Shown here piece after piece: positions 43,616 to 54,483 of a DNA stretch of 64,000 nt (position 1 is the stretch's first letter; each line of letters begins with the position of its first letter). A program made the position numbers and the translations under genes. The notes under the pieces were generated by a model. That model searched no databases and was not told the origin of the DNA. It saw only the letters and a program-made list of their open reading frames with translations. This DNA comes from Enterobacteria phage vB_EcoM_IME340, in sequence record MH051916; one strand, written 5' to 3'.

Positions 43616-43884
43616 TGTTTGTTGTTCATACTATTTATGAAAATGAAGGTAATACTACACGTGATTACGGTCACGTAAATCAATTTTTTAGATGCAATCC
43701 AGAATTCCGTGCTCAAAAAGACGAACGAATTTTTAAAAAATGTGTAGAACAAGGTTTCATTTACGTCAAGCACTGGATGCAAGGAAATAAAGTTAGAACT
43801 ACATATCATAAGTCTTTGCCTGAGCTTAATGATGAATTGATTTATAATAGAAATGTAAATCAAACTCTGAAGGATGAACAATGA
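43615..43884 (+). CDS. hypothetical protein (30.1 position)
   Basis: 89-aa ORF coupled at both ends (ATGA overlaps). Confidence 0.4.
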   Translation: MFVVHTIYENEGNTTRDYGHVNQFFRCNPEFRAQKDERIFKKCVEQGFIYVKHWMQGNKVRTTYHKSLPELNDELIYNRNVNQTLKDEQ

Positions 43885-45341
43885 TTCTTAAAATTCTGAA
43901 TGAAATAGCATCTATTGGATCAACTAAGCAGAAGCAAGCAATTCTTGAAAAGAATAAAGATAATGAATTGCTTAAACGAGTATATCGTCTGACTTATTCT
44001 CGTGGGTTACAGTATTATATCAAGAAATGGCCTAAGCCTGGTATTGCTACCCAGAGTTTTGGAATGCTGACTATTACCGATATGCTTGACTTCATTGAAT
44101 TCACGTTAGCTACTCGGAAATTAACTGGCAATGCAGCAATTGAGGAATTAACTGGATATATCACCGATGGTAAAAAGGATGATGTTGAAGTTTTGCGTCG
44201 AGTTATGATGCGAGACCTTGAATGCGGTGCTTCAGTATCTATTGCAAACAAAGTTTGGCCAGGTTTAATTCCTGAACAACCTCAAATGCTTGCAAGTTCT
44301 TATGATGAAAAAGGCATTAGTAAGAATATCAAGTTTCCAGCCTTTGCGCAGTTAAAAGCAGATGGAGCTCGGTGTTTTGCTGAAGTCCGAGGCGATGAAT
44401 TAGATGATGTTCGTCTTTTATCGCGAGCTGGTAATGAATATCTAGGATTAGATCTTCTTAAGGAAGAGTTAATCAAAATGACTGCTGAAGCCCGCCAGAT
44501 TCATCCAGAAGGTGTGTTAATTGATGGCGAATTGGTATACCATGAGCAAGTTGAAAAGGAACCAGAAGGCCTAGATTTTCTTTTTGATGCTCCTGAAATC
44601 AGTAAAGCTAAAGAAGTCGCCGAAGTAGCTGAATCACGCACTGCTTCTAATGGAATCGCCAATAAATCTTTAAAGGGAACTATTTCAGAAAAAGAAGCCA
44701 AATGCATGAAGTTTCAGGTCTGGGATTATGTTCCGTTAGTAGAAATATACGGTCTTCCGGCGTTTCGTTTAAAATATGATGTACGTTTTTCTAAACTAGA
44801 ACAAATGACATCAGGATATGATAAAGTAATTTTAATTGAAAACCAAGTAGTAAATAACCTAGATGAAGCTAAGGTAATTTATAAAAAATATATTGACCAA
44901 GGCCTTGAAGGTATTATTCTCAAAAATACCGATGGATTGTGGGAAAATGCTCGTTCAAAAAATCTCTATAAATTTAAAGAAGTAATTGATGTTGATTTAA
45001 AAATTGTAGGAATTTATCCTCACCGTAAAGACCCTACTAAAGCGGGTGGATTTATTCTTGAATCAGAGTGTGGAAAAATTAAAGTAAATGCAGGTTCAGG
45101 CTTAAAAGATAAAGCTGGCGTAAAATCACATGAACTTGACCGTACTCGCATTATGGAAAACCAAAATTATTATATTGGAAAAATTCTAGAGTGCGAATGC
45201 AATGGTTGGTTAAAATCTGATGGCCGCACTGATTACGTTAAATTATTTCTTCCGATTGCGATTCGTTTACGTGAAGATAAAACTAAAGCTAATACATTTG
45301 AGGATGTATTTGGTGATTTTCATGAGGTAACTGGTCTATGA
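43881..45341 (+). CDS. 30: ATP-dependent DNA ligase
   Basis: 486 aa; adenylation motif KADGAR; matches T4 DNA ligase. Confidence 0.95.
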   Translation: MILKILNEIASIGSTKQKQAILEKNKDNELLKRVYRLTYSRGLQYYIKKWPKPGIATQSFGMLTITDMLDFIEFTLATRKLTGNAAIEELTGYITDGKKDDVEVLRRVMMRDLECGASVSIANKVWPGLIPEQPQMLASSYDEKGISKNIKFPAFAQLKADGARCFAEVRGDELDDVRLLSRAGNEYLGLDLLKEELIKMTAEARQIHPEGVLIDGELVYHEQVEKEPEGLDFLFDAPEISKAKEVAEVAESRTASNGIANKSLKGTISEKEAKCMKFQVWDYVPLVEIYGLPAFRLKYDVRFSKLEQMTSGYDKVILIENQVVNNLDEAKVIYKKYIDQGLEGIILKNTDGLWENARSKNLYKFKEVIDVDLKIVGIYPHRKDPTKAGGFILESECGKIKVNAGSGLKDKAGVKSHELDRTRIMENQNYYIGKILECECNGWLKSDGRTDYVKLFLPIAIRLREDKTKANTFEDVFGDFHEVTGL

Positions 45342-45526
45342 AAGCTTACTTAGAAACAATTGTCGTGGCTCAAAAAGAAGGTGGAGATGTTTCTACTTCT
45401 GTATCACAAATCGTTCTCGAATTTGTAGATGCATATGCTTATAATAAATTTACAGAAACATTTGATGCCTACGAAAAAGGTCCAAAGTTTGAAATATATC
45501 GTACTCTCTTACCACTAGATTATTAA
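45338..45526 (+). CDS. hypothetical protein
   Basis: 62-aa coupled ORF. Confidence 0.35.
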   Translation: MKAYLETIVVAQKEGGDVSTSVSQIVLEFVDAYAYNKFTETFDAYEKGPKFEIYRTLLPLDY

Positions 45527-45547
45527 AGGCCTTCGGGCCTTTAATTT

Positions 45548-45555
45548 TATAAATA
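45548..45555 (+). promoter_or_regulatory. late promoter TATAAATA upstream of alt genes
   Basis: exact TATAAATA ~25 nt before alt start, just after a UUCG hairpin (45525-45543). Confidence 0.55.
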
Positions 45556-45578
45556 GAATAAACACTAGAGAGGATATG

Positions 45579-47672
45579 ATGGAACTTATTACAGAATTAT
45601 TTGACGAAGATACTACTCTTCCGATTACAAACTTAAATCCAAAGAAGAAAATACCGCAAATTTTTTCAGTTCATGTTGATGACGCAATTGAACAACCAGG
45701 CTTTCGTTTATGTACCTATACATCTGGAGGTGATACTAATCGCGATTTAAAGATGGGCGATAAAATGATGCATATTGTTCCTTTTACATTAACTGCTAAA
45801 GGTTCAATTGCTAAATTAAAAGGTCTCGGTCCAAGCCCAATTAATTACATCAATTCAGTTTTTACTGTTGCAATGCAGACGATGCGTCAGTATAAAATTG
45901 ATGCCTGTATGCTTCGTATTCTTAAGTCTAAAACTGCTGGTCAAGCTCGACAAATTCAAGTTATTGCTGATAGACTTATCCGTAGTCGTTCAGGTGGCAG
46001 ATACGTCCTTCTTAAGGAACTCTGGGATTATGATAAAAAGTACGCATATATTCTTATACATCGCAAAAATGTATCACTAGAAGACATTCCAGGAGTTCCT
46101 GAAATTAGTACCGAGCTCTTTACTAAGGTTGAATCGAAAGTCGGCGATGTTTATATCAATAAAGATACTGGAGCTCAAGTAACTAAAAATGAGGCAATTG
46201 CAGCATCTATTGCACAAGAAAATGATAAACGCTCTGACCAAGCTGTTATCGTTAAAGTTAAAATTTCCCGTAGAGCAATTGCACAAAGTCAGTCATTAGA
46301 ATCTTCTAGATTTGAAAGCGAATTATTCCAGAAATATGAATCTACCGCAGCTAATTTCAATAAACCTGCTACAGCTCCTTTAATTCCCGAAGCAGAAGAA
46401 ATGAAGCTTGGAATTAATTCATTAGCTTCTAAAACTAAGGCAGCAAAAATTATTGCCGAAGGAACCGCAGATGAACTTCACTATGACTATAAATTCTTTT
46501 CAAAAAGTGAGGTTAATGAAGTTTCTGAAAAAATTAAAGATGTAATTCTTAATGCGATTAAAAATGAACCAACTACTTCAATAAAATGTTTAGAGAAATA
46601 CGCAGCAGCTGTTAATCAATTATTTGAAGAATATAAAGATAATTGGCTTGATAAACATAATAAAACTCGTAAAGGGCAGCCAGATGAAGTCTGGGAAGAA
46701 ATAACTAAAAATTCCTGGAACGCAGCAAAAACTAAATTCCTCAAACGAATGATTTATAGCTTTTCTGGAATTGGTGCAGGTCCAATGATTGATATTACCA
46801 TTGCACGTGATGGTTCTAAATATACTCCATCACAAAAGCGCGGCATTAGAGAGTATTGTGGATCAGGATATACTGACATCAATAATCTTCTTTTAGGCCG
46901 CTACAATCCAGAACGATATGATGTAATGAGTGAAAAAGAAATTGAATCTGCGATAAATAATTTAGATTCAGCCTTTGAAAATGGTGACCGTATACCAGAA
47001 GGCATTACAGTTTATCGTGCTCAAAGCATGACTGCTCCTATATACGAAGCATTAGTTAAAAATAAAGTATTCTATTTCAGAAATTTTGTATCTACTTCTT
47101 TAACTCCTATCATTTTTGGACGTTTTGGAATTACACATGCTGGTATTGGTCTTTTAGAACCAGAAGCTCGTAATGAATTGACAGTTGATAAAAATGAAGA
47201 AGGAATAACTATTAATCCAAACGAAATAAGAGCGTATAAAGAAAATCCTGAATACGTTAAAGTTCAAATAGGATGGGCAATTGATGGAGCTCATAAAGTT
47301 AATGTTGTATATCCAGGAAGTCTCGGAATAGCAACAGAAGCTGAAGTTATTCTACCACGCGGATTGATGGTCAAAGTTAATAAAATAACTGATGCTTCTA
47401 ATAATGATGGAACAACATCTAATAATACAAAACTCATTCAAGCTGAAGTTATGACTACGGAAGAACTCACCGAATCAGTCATTTATGACGGTGACCGTCT
47501 AATGGAAACCGGCGAAGTAGTTGCAATGACAGGTGATATTGAAATAGAAGACAGAGTTGACTTTGTATCATTTGTTTCATCAAATGTTAAACAGAAAGCA
47601 GAATCATCTCTCGGAATTATTGCGTCTTGCATAGATATTACAAACATGCCTTACAAGTTCGTTCAAGGATAA
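45579..47672 (+). CDS. Alt-family ADP-ribosyltransferase, paralogue A
   Basis: 697 aa from MELITELFD; R-S-E ART motif (YRAQ, FVSTSL, EAEVILPRG). Confidence 0.8.
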   Translation: MELITELFDEDTTLPITNLNPKKKIPQIFSVHVDDAIEQPGFRLCTYTSGGDTNRDLKMGDKMMHIVPFTLTAKGSIAKLKGLGPSPINYINSVFTVAMQTMRQYKIDACMLRILKSKTAGQARQIQVIADRLIRSRSGGRYVLLKELWDYDKKYAYILIHRKNVSLEDIPGVPEISTELFTKVESKVGDVYINKDTGAQVTKNEAIAASIAQENDKRSDQAVIVKVKISRRAIAQSQSLESSRFESELFQKYESTAANFNKPATAPLIPEAEEMKLGINSLASKTKAAKIIAEGTADELHYDYKFFSKSEVNEVSEKIKDVILNAIKNEPTTSIKCLEKYAAAVNQLFEEYKDNWLDKHNKTRKGQPDEVWEEITKNSWNAAKTKFLKRMIYSFSGIGAGPMIDITIARDGSKYTPSQKRGIREYCGSGYTDINNLLLGRYNPERYDVMSEKEIESAINNLDSAFENGDRIPEGITVYRAQSMTAPIYEALVKNKVFYFRNFVSTSLTPIIFGRFGITHAGIGLLEPEARNELTVDKNEEGITINPNEIRAYKENPEYVKVQIGWAIDGAHKVNVVYPGSLGIATEAEVILPRGLMVKVNKITDASNNDGTTSNNTKLIQAEVMTTEELTESVIYDGDRLMETGEVVAMTGDIEIEDRVDFVSFVSSNVKQKAESSLGIIASCIDITNMPYKFVQG

Positions 47673-47675
47673 ATC

Positions 47676-49733
47676 ATGGAACTTATTACAGAATTATTTG
47701 ACGGCGCTTCGGCGCCGATTGTTAACTTAAATCCTAAGCATAAAATACCTCAAATTTTTGCTATTCAAGCCGGTGAAGAAAGCGTGCTTCCTGGATTTAG
47801 ATTTTGTACATACACCTCTGGCGGTGATACAAATAAAAACGTTAAGCCAGGCGATAAAATGATGCATATCGTAATGATAGGTGTTAATGAGAAACTATCA
47901 TTAGTTAAACTTAAAAACTTGGGTGGAAATCCAATTGGTGTCATTAATGCGGTTTTTGATACTGCTCTTCAGACAATGAAACAATACAAAATTGACGCAT
48001 GCTTATTCCGCGTACTAAAGAGTAAAACAAATGGTGCAGCTCGTCAAATGCAAGTTATTGCCGACCGTTTAGTACGTACTAAAGGAGCAGGTCGATATGT
48101 TCTTTTAAAGGAAATCTGGGATTACGATAAAAAGTACGCATATATTATGGTTTACCGTAAAAATGCTAATTTAGAAGACACTCCAGGTGTACCTCCTATT
48201 TCAACTGAGTTATTCACAAAAGTTGAATCAAAGGTTGGTGATGTTTATGTAGATGTTAAAACCGGTAATGCTGTTCCTAAAGCTGTTGCTGTTGCTGCTT
48301 CTATTGCTTTAGAAAACGATAAGCGCACGGATCAAGCTGTTATTCAGAAAACTAAAATTAGTCGTCGGTTAGCAGCACAAGCTCAATATTCTACTGTCGA
48401 TGCTTCACTTCAGGGTGATAGCTTCGCTGCTAAGAAATATCAAGAGTTTGAATCTAAAGTTCCGGTATATAAAGCAGAAGGACCAATGAACTCTGGCGTT
48501 ATTCAGGTTGGTTCAAACTTCAGCAAAGGAGCTATCGGTGGTATGAGAAGTGCTTCCCGTTTTAAATCTAGTGATTATGAATTAGAAAGCTTCCGAAATC
48601 ATATTGCATTGGCTCATGCGCGTTTACGTGATCCATCTATCAAGTTACAGAGCGATATATCATATCAAGGTTCTCAAGAATATTTAAAGAATAAAGAATT
48701 TTTTGATTATAAAACTGATAAAATTTTAAGCGATCTTGCTGACATTAATATTTCTAATAGCTTTGATGTTATTAAGAAAATTATCAATGATTTAGTTAAA
48801 GGTTCTAAAGCTACGCCAGATGAAAAGACAGCTATTATTCAATTTGTCATGAATGGCATTTATAAATTGATTAATGAATCTGCTGCCCAGGCATATGAAT
48901 ACGCAAGCATCGAAGTAACTCCAAAAGAACTGACCCAGGCTGAGTCTGATGTGATTGAAGATTATTGTGCAGATTCATATGTTGAAATGAACTCGTTCCT
49001 TTTGGGTAAACCAGATTCTACCCGTGAAGAATACATGGAACGAGCTATTAAACACATCGAGACGCTGGATTCTGCCTTTGCCAAAGGATCAGTTCTTCCT
49101 CCAGGAACTACACTTTACCGTGGACAAGAAGTTACCTTTAAAACTTTGCGTCATAACATTGAAAATAAAATGTTCTATTTCAAGAACTTCGTATCCACAT
49201 CGCTTAAACCAAATATCTTCGGTGAGCATGGTAAAAACTATATGGCTCTAGATGATTCCGGCGCAGTATTTTCTGGTGAAGGAGAAGGTTCCGTTGATAC
49301 AGAAGATTTGATGCATATGGGTAGTCATTCTACATATGCTAATGAAGATGCTGAAACTAGCGTGGGTATGGTAATTAAAGGAGCTGAGCGAATCAAAGTT
49401 ATCGTTCCAGGTCATTTATCAGGATTTCCATCAGAAGCTGAAGTTATTCTACCGCGTGGAATTTTACTGAAGATTAATAAAGTAAGTACGTACTTTATGA
49501 AAGAAACTGCTTATAACAAGTATCTAATCGAAGGTACAATCGTTCCTCCTTCTGAACAATTAGAAGAATCAGTATATGATGGCGACCATCTAATGGAAAC
49601 TGGTGAAGTTCGTCCAATGGCTGGATTTAATCAATTCCTTGTAGAAGAATCAAAAGAAGAGGAAAATGAAGTTTCTCAAATCTTAGCTTCTTTGGTTAAC
49701 ATCAACGGAATGTCTAAAAAGTTCAAAATGTAG
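47676..49733 (+). CDS. alt: Alt-family ADP-ribosyltransferase, paralogue B
   Basis: 685 aa; same N-terminus and R-S-E motif (YRGQ, FVSTSL, EAEVILPRG); closer to T4 Alt length (682). Confidence 0.8.
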   Translation: MELITELFDGASAPIVNLNPKHKIPQIFAIQAGEESVLPGFRFCTYTSGGDTNKNVKPGDKMMHIVMIGVNEKLSLVKLKNLGGNPIGVINAVFDTALQTMKQYKIDACLFRVLKSKTNGAARQMQVIADRLVRTKGAGRYVLLKEIWDYDKKYAYIMVYRKNANLEDTPGVPPISTELFTKVESKVGDVYVDVKTGNAVPKAVAVAASIALENDKRTDQAVIQKTKISRRLAAQAQYSTVDASLQGDSFAAKKYQEFESKVPVYKAEGPMNSGVIQVGSNFSKGAIGGMRSASRFKSSDYELESFRNHIALAHARLRDPSIKLQSDISYQGSQEYLKNKEFFDYKTDKILSDLADINISNSFDVIKKIINDLVKGSKATPDEKTAIIQFVMNGIYKLINESAAQAYEYASIEVTPKELTQAESDVIEDYCADSYVEMNSFLLGKPDSTREEYMERAIKHIETLDSAFAKGSVLPPGTTLYRGQEVTFKTLRHNIENKMFYFKNFVSTSLKPNIFGEHGKNYMALDDSGAVFSGEGEGSVDTEDLMHMGSHSTYANEDAETSVGMVIKGAERIKVIVPGHLSGFPSEAEVILPRGILLKINKVSTYFMKETAYNKYLIEGTIVPPSEQLEESVYDGDHLMETGEVRPMAGFNQFLVEESKEEENEVSQILASLVNINGMSKKFKM

Positions 49734-49762
49734 TTTACAAGTTCCTTATGTTGTGTTATAGT
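49733..49762 (+). promoter_or_regulatory. early promoter and conserved leader (copy of 34056 element)
   Basis: GTTTAC ... TATAGT; ~50/55 nt identical to the alc leader. Confidence 0.5.
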
Positions 49763-49793
49763 AGTCTTACTGACATAACATGAGGAACACAAA

Positions 49794-50084
49794 ATGAAAT
49801 CTTCTTTGCGCTTTTTAGGTCAAGAACTTGTAGTTGAAGGCGTTATTCCTGCTGATAATGCTTTTAATGAAGCAGTTTACGACGAATTTATCAAAATTTT
49901 TGGAACAGATAAAAAGTTCGGAATTTTTCCTTCTGAAAATTTTTCAAAGCCAGAACAGACTGAAAGCATTTTCCAAGGTGTAGTAACAGGTAAATTTGAG
50001 TCAGAAGCTCCGGTAAAAATTGAAGTTTATATTGAAGACAGTTTAGTTGCTTCAGTTGCTGCTTTTATTTCATTCCGTAAATAA
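49794..50084 (+). CDS. hypothetical protein
   Basis: 96-aa ORF with GAGGAA SD. Confidence 0.45.
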   Translation: MKSSLRFLGQELVVEGVIPADNAFNEAVYDEFIKIFGTDKKFGIFPSENFSKPEQTESIFQGVVTGKFESEAPVKIEVYIEDSLVASVAAFISFRK

Positions 50085-50090
50085 AAATAT

Positions 50091-50108
50091 GGGGACCTTT
50101 CGGTCCCC
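50091..50108. terminator. bidirectional terminator hairpin between convergent genes
   Basis: GGGGACC-TTTC-GGTCCCC flanked by A/T runs. Confidence 0.6.
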
Positions 50109-50112
50109 ATTG

Positions 50113-51078
50113 TTATATTGCTCCTAATATTTTACTTTGCGAGTTGACAATTCCCGTCATAGTATTAATGTTTGAAATGCTTCCAGCAGTTCCTCCTAAT
50201 CTACTAAGTCGTGAAAGCGAATTAGATAGTCCAGTAACGCCTCCGCTATTTCCGAGAACGCTTTGAATACCGTTTATAGCAGCGGATTCAAGCCATTCAA
50301 GCGCAGCTTGTCTATCAACTGCTCCAGCCTGCATGACTCTATACGCAAAAGTAACATCAAATGTAGTTATTTGGTTATCTCCATCATATGATAACTCAGG
50401 AGCGCTCACTGACACTGGAATGCATCCGGTGAACATCACAGCAGTATGAGGTAATCCATTACGAGCATGAAGATTAACCTGAATGTCTGCCTCGACATCT
50501 TGTGGCAAAGCGCGTAATCCAGTTACTGGGTCTTGAACAGCGTTAACCCAGTCTTGCATCGCACGATAATTACATGCTTCTGAATCCATTCTAAATGAAA
50601 TAACCAAAGGGTCTAATTCTCTCCCAGTTATACGAATATTAGGAGAATTATAGTTCCAGTCAGTTTCATAGGATAATCTATTCTCTGGCATTTTTACGGA
50701 ATATATCATCAATCCAGATGAGTTATATGCCATGTTAAAGAAGTCAATTAAATATGTACCAACTGTAAATGAGCCCAATAAACTTTGAACTGTACGTTGA
50801 CTCATGGCACCAATAAGATATTTACTAACCCCTGATTTTCTTATCAGTTTTTGTGTGCCAGCTGTAATTAGCGTGGTAATTCCCTGATTAATATCACCTT
50901 GAGTCAATCCTAACCAATCTGAATTTAGGCCCAAGTTATTATAAGAAAAGTTGCTAATTGAACTTATCAACGAAGAGCTTTTAGTTGATGGAGTTGTCGC
51001 AAAAACGCAACTAAACATATTATTACGTTGGAAATCTGCGTTTATTGCTTGATTATTAAATTCCTCTAAAGAATACAT
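50113..51078 (-). CDS. 54: baseplate tail-tube initiator gp54
   Basis: 321 aa, T4 gp54 length and position. Confidence 0.85.
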   Translation of the reverse strand: MYSLEEFNNQAINADFQRNNMFSCVFATTPSTKSSSLISSISNFSYNNLGLNSDWLGLTQGDINQGITTLITAGTQKLIRKSGVSKYLIGAMSQRTVQSLLGSFTVGTYLIDFFNMAYNSSGLMIYSVKMPENRLSYETDWNYNSPNIRITGRELDPLVISFRMDSEACNYRAMQDWVNAVQDPVTGLRALPQDVEADIQVNLHARNGLPHTAVMFTGCIPVSVSAPELSYDGDNQITTFDVTFAYRVMQAGAVDRQAALEWLESAAINGIQSVLGNSGGVTGLSNSLSRLSRLGGTAGSISNINTMTGIVNSQSKILGAI

Positions 51079-52172
51079 TAAAAAGTCCCCGCATATAAAG
51101 AAGCACGGTTTAACGTGATAATTTCTCTCATAGTAATCTCAAGAGTAAATGTACTAGGGAGGTTTGGAGCAATAGCTAATCCGTTAAAGTTACCATTAGG
51201 CGTTTTATCAAATCTGATGCTTTGTATTTGGCATGGACCAAATATTTCAGTTTTTCCATCAAACTTAGATGTTGCACCAAAGTTTTTCACCATCCAAATT
51301 GTCGGGTTTGAAACTACTAGGACGTTAGTTAAACTCGATGTCATTTTCTCAAATAGTGTTTTATTTTTAGCTGCGTCTTCCGGAGATAAAGGTTCAATTA
51401 ACGTAGAACGATACCAATCATCTAAATACCCCTTTATTTCAGCAGCATATTGAGATTTACCCGTTTCACCATAAGAAAAATAGTTAAAATATTGATAGAT
51501 ATTAATAATAGCCATTAAATCTTCTGTTGAACGTGGAGTCAAATCCCATGTAAACACTTTAGTTCTATTCTCAGCACCACCATACATACTTCTGGCTGTA
51601 GTATAAATCTGTTCATTATTATCAGCCATTATACCTTGTGTTATACTTTCCAGTGCTCCAAATACTGCAGTTGAAGCAATATTACTTAGCACACCAGTAG
51701 CAGTTCCTCCGCCTCTACTGATAAGACTTTCTTGAACATCATTAAATCTATGTGATGATGTATCAACGTCAGATTTAGATCTCGGTAAAAGAATGTTTGC
51801 CACAGGAGCTTTACTTATTGTTCCTGAATTATTATCTGATATTAATCCATTTGACAGTTTTGATACTGTATTACTGATAGTGTTTCTGGCTGTACGTAAA
51901 ATACTCGAAGATGAAGAAGAGTAGTTAGATCTCATCGATCTAAGACTTCCAGAATCCCTAGATGACATATTGTATGCAGTAAATAATAATCCATTCTTAT
52001 ATAGATCTGTTACCTGGAAGTCCCCTGTAGTGTCATTACCACTAGCACGCCCAGTTGGAAACTGGGCAGTGTATGTTTTAGTTCCTACTTCTGATTTAGT
52101 ACTCTGTCCGGCTGAAATTTTCTCACCGGACTTTTTAATTAAATCAGCAGTTATTTCTTTAACAATTGCCAT
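51078..52172 (-). CDS. 48: baseplate tail-tube cap gp48
   Basis: 364 aa as in T4 gp48. Confidence 0.85.
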   Translation of the reverse strand: MAIVKEITADLIKKSGEKISAGQSTKSEVGTKTYTAQFPTGRASGNDTTGDFQVTDLYKNGLLFTAYNMSSRDSGSLRSMRSNYSSSSSSILRTARNTISNTVSKLSNGLISDNNSGTISKAPVANILLPRSKSDVDTSSHRFNDVQESLISRGGGTATGVLSNIASTAVFGALESITQGIMADNNEQIYTTARSMYGGAENRTKVFTWDLTPRSTEDLMAIINIYQYFNYFSYGETGKSQYAAEIKGYLDDWYRSTLIEPLSPEDAAKNKTLFEKMTSSLTNVLVVSNPTIWMVKNFGATSKFDGKTEIFGPCQIQSIRFDKTPNGNFNGLAIAPNLPSTFTLEITMREIITLNRASLYAGTF

Positions 52173-52180
52173 ATTATTCC

Positions 52181-53953
52181 TTAATTAACTCCAGTCGCGT
52201 CAAATACACCGGGAGCAGTTGTACTCGTAACAGGTGTCATATTATGAACGACAGTATTTTTCTTAATAACATTATTAGTATTATTGATCGAAGGAGATGC
52301 TTGTTGAACAGGAGCTTGCTGTGCTTTGTTCTTTTCTATTACCTGGACTTGTTTTGCTTCTGGCGATTTAGCAGAAGTTTCAGGTTTGGCATTAGGTTGA
52401 TTTTTCTTTAGTTCTTGATAAGTAGCATCAATTTTAGAAAATCTAGCAGCAAGTTCTTTTTTAACTGCCGGTGAATTATTTAAATCCGGGTCATCCATCC
52501 GTTTTTTAAGGTCTTCATAGGCAGCTTCAACTGATTTAACTGTTGAGTCTTTACTCATATCAGCTGAATCGGCATATTGATCAAAACGATTCATAGCAGC
52601 ACGAGCTTCATTAGCTTTCATTAAAGCAATTTTAGCTTCCTCCGGAGAAAGTTGCTTTAATTTTTCTTCTTCCTCTTCTCTCTCTTCATCAGTCGTTAGT
52701 GCTTCTTTATTATCAACACCACGAATCCAGTTAGATGCGCGAGTTTTCCAGTTCGCAATTTTGTCTAGTCCTTTTGCTATCGGACCAAGTTCTCCATTCA
52801 TTCTTTTATATTGATAATTTGCAACTTTTTCTTGGTCTTCTTTGCTAAGAGAAGCATTTGTAGTATTTTGGAAATTTTCTAGTGCTCTTCCTTCTACATC
52901 ATCAGCGGTATCCTTCATACCAGGAATAACTCGAAGAATTGCCGCAGATAATTTAGCCATTCCAAGCTGAATAAGTTCACCTAAATTATAAAGAACCTTT
53001 CCAAGCCCTTCTACAATAGCTACCGTCAAACCACCCCAATCTCCCGCTTCCCAGAATTTTTTAATTTCATCGATAGAACCAAAGATGCTCTGTAATAAAG
53101 GACCCCATGTTCCGGTTTCGCTAGAGAATTTAGTAAAGTCTGTACTAAACAAATCCCAAGCCTGTGAAAATTTATCTGACCAATATTTAAAATGAACCAT
53201 CAACAGGTCTATTCCAACAACAACAGCCAATATCATTGCAGTCATTTTAGCAGCTTCAATAGCAGCACTGACGGTGTACTTAAATAACATGCTTGATATT
53301 TTATCAGTAATTGAAATGGATTTCTTAAATCCAAAATCAACAGTCTTTGTTAATTTATCTAAAGCTTGAGATAATTTTAAGTTAAATGCGTCTTTTTTCT
53401 GTTTTTCTTCTGGTGATTCTTGTTTGGGTTCAACTGGCTGAGGGGTAGGGAAAAAATCAGCATCAGGATCATTATTAACTGCTTCAGGAGCCGGTAATAA
53501 AGGACCCACAGATTCAGCTGTATCGTCCTCAACAACTTTAACAGGAATAGCGCTTTCAACCGTAGCTAAACTAGTTCCTGTTTGTTGAATTCCGGCTGTC
53601 TGAATTTTTTGCTCTAGTAAACTTGTTAATTTATCTAATTTGCTCCCGAGTGATTCACCGATTTCTTTATTAATATTGTTGCCAATTTCGACAGTTTCAG
53701 CAATTAACTCAGAACCAGCAGTAGTATCACTCACTGCGCTTTCTACATTATCAATTGCTCCAACTATTTCATTCGATTTTTCTTCGACAGTTTGAGCAAT
53801 TAATTCAGAAGCAGCTTGAGCATCATCCAATTTCGTAGATATATCGTTAAGTCCAGATAAAGTGTTGGAAGCGGATTTAGCCGCTTCCTGCGTTGGTTTA
53901 TTATCTGAAATAACTTTTCTACGCATCGTTTGCATTTCTTGTGGCTTTTTCAT
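52181..53953 (-). CDS. 29: baseplate hub / tape-measure protein gp29
   Basis: 590 aa as in T4 gp29. Confidence 0.85.
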   Translation of the reverse strand: MKKPQEMQTMRRKVISDNKPTQEAAKSASNTLSGLNDISTKLDDAQAASELIAQTVEEKSNEIVGAIDNVESAVSDTTAGSELIAETVEIGNNINKEIGESLGSKLDKLTSLLEQKIQTAGIQQTGTSLATVESAIPVKVVEDDTAESVGPLLPAPEAVNNDPDADFFPTPQPVEPKQESPEEKQKKDAFNLKLSQALDKLTKTVDFGFKKSISITDKISSMLFKYTVSAAIEAAKMTAMILAVVVGIDLLMVHFKYWSDKFSQAWDLFSTDFTKFSSETGTWGPLLQSIFGSIDEIKKFWEAGDWGGLTVAIVEGLGKVLYNLGELIQLGMAKLSAAILRVIPGMKDTADDVEGRALENFQNTTNASLSKEDQEKVANYQYKRMNGELGPIAKGLDKIANWKTRASNWIRGVDNKEALTTDEEREEEEEKLKQLSPEEAKIALMKANEARAAMNRFDQYADSADMSKDSTVKSVEAAYEDLKKRMDDPDLNNSPAVKKELAARFSKIDATYQELKKNQPNAKPETSAKSPEAKQVQVIEKNKAQQAPVQQASPSINNTNNVIKKNTVVHNMTPVTSTTAPGVFDATGVN

Positions 53954-54483
53954 TCAAATAATCCAATAATATTGCCAATTCCGGTTATTGGACCATTAGG
54001 GCCAGGAATTGCTAAAGTTGTAAAAATATCATTTGCCCATTTTAAAACGAATGCTGGCATCTCAAGAAAATTAATTTCTTTAACTTCATCATTGACCTTA
54101 AGCAAGCATTTGGATAACATATCGCTCACAGTTAAAAATTGTTCAAATTTTCCAGGAGGTCTAAAATAAAATGTATTTCCTTGGTATTGAAATTCTAATC
54201 TTTGGCATACATAAACATCATTAATGTCATAAGTATAACCATCTATTTCTTTACGAGATTTAATCTTTCCATTAAATTCCAATAAATGAATAGAAACGAA
54301 ATCAACTTCTGCCGGTGATAAATTCGGACAAATAGAATCAATAAGAAGTTTTAAATTTTCATCAGGACCTTTAACATCTTTTAAAATGTTATAATGTTTA
54401 AGACCCATTTTAGGAATAGAAACTTCTTTATTGCTTATTGGAAGAACTACTTTCTTCAGTGGTAGTATCAGATTTAAATTCAT
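53950..54483 (-). CDS. 28: baseplate hub distal subunit gp28
   Basis: 177 aa as in T4 gp28. Confidence 0.75.
   Translation of the reverse strand: MNLNLILPLKKVVLPISNKEVSIPKMGLKHYNILKDVKGPDENLKLLIDSICPNLSPAEVDFVSIHLLEFNGKIKSRKEIDGYTYDINDVYVCQRLEFQYQGNTFYFRPPGKFEQFLTVSDMLSKCLLKVNDEVKEINFLEMPAFVLKWANDIFTTLAIPGPNGPITGIGNIIGLFE

Noticed and set aside
43612-43881. 89-aa - strand ORF exactly antisense to the 30.1-position ORF
   Set aside because: The + strand ORF is translationally coupled at both ends (ATGA overlaps) within a + strand operon; the - strand frame has no signals and is hydrophobic low-complexity.
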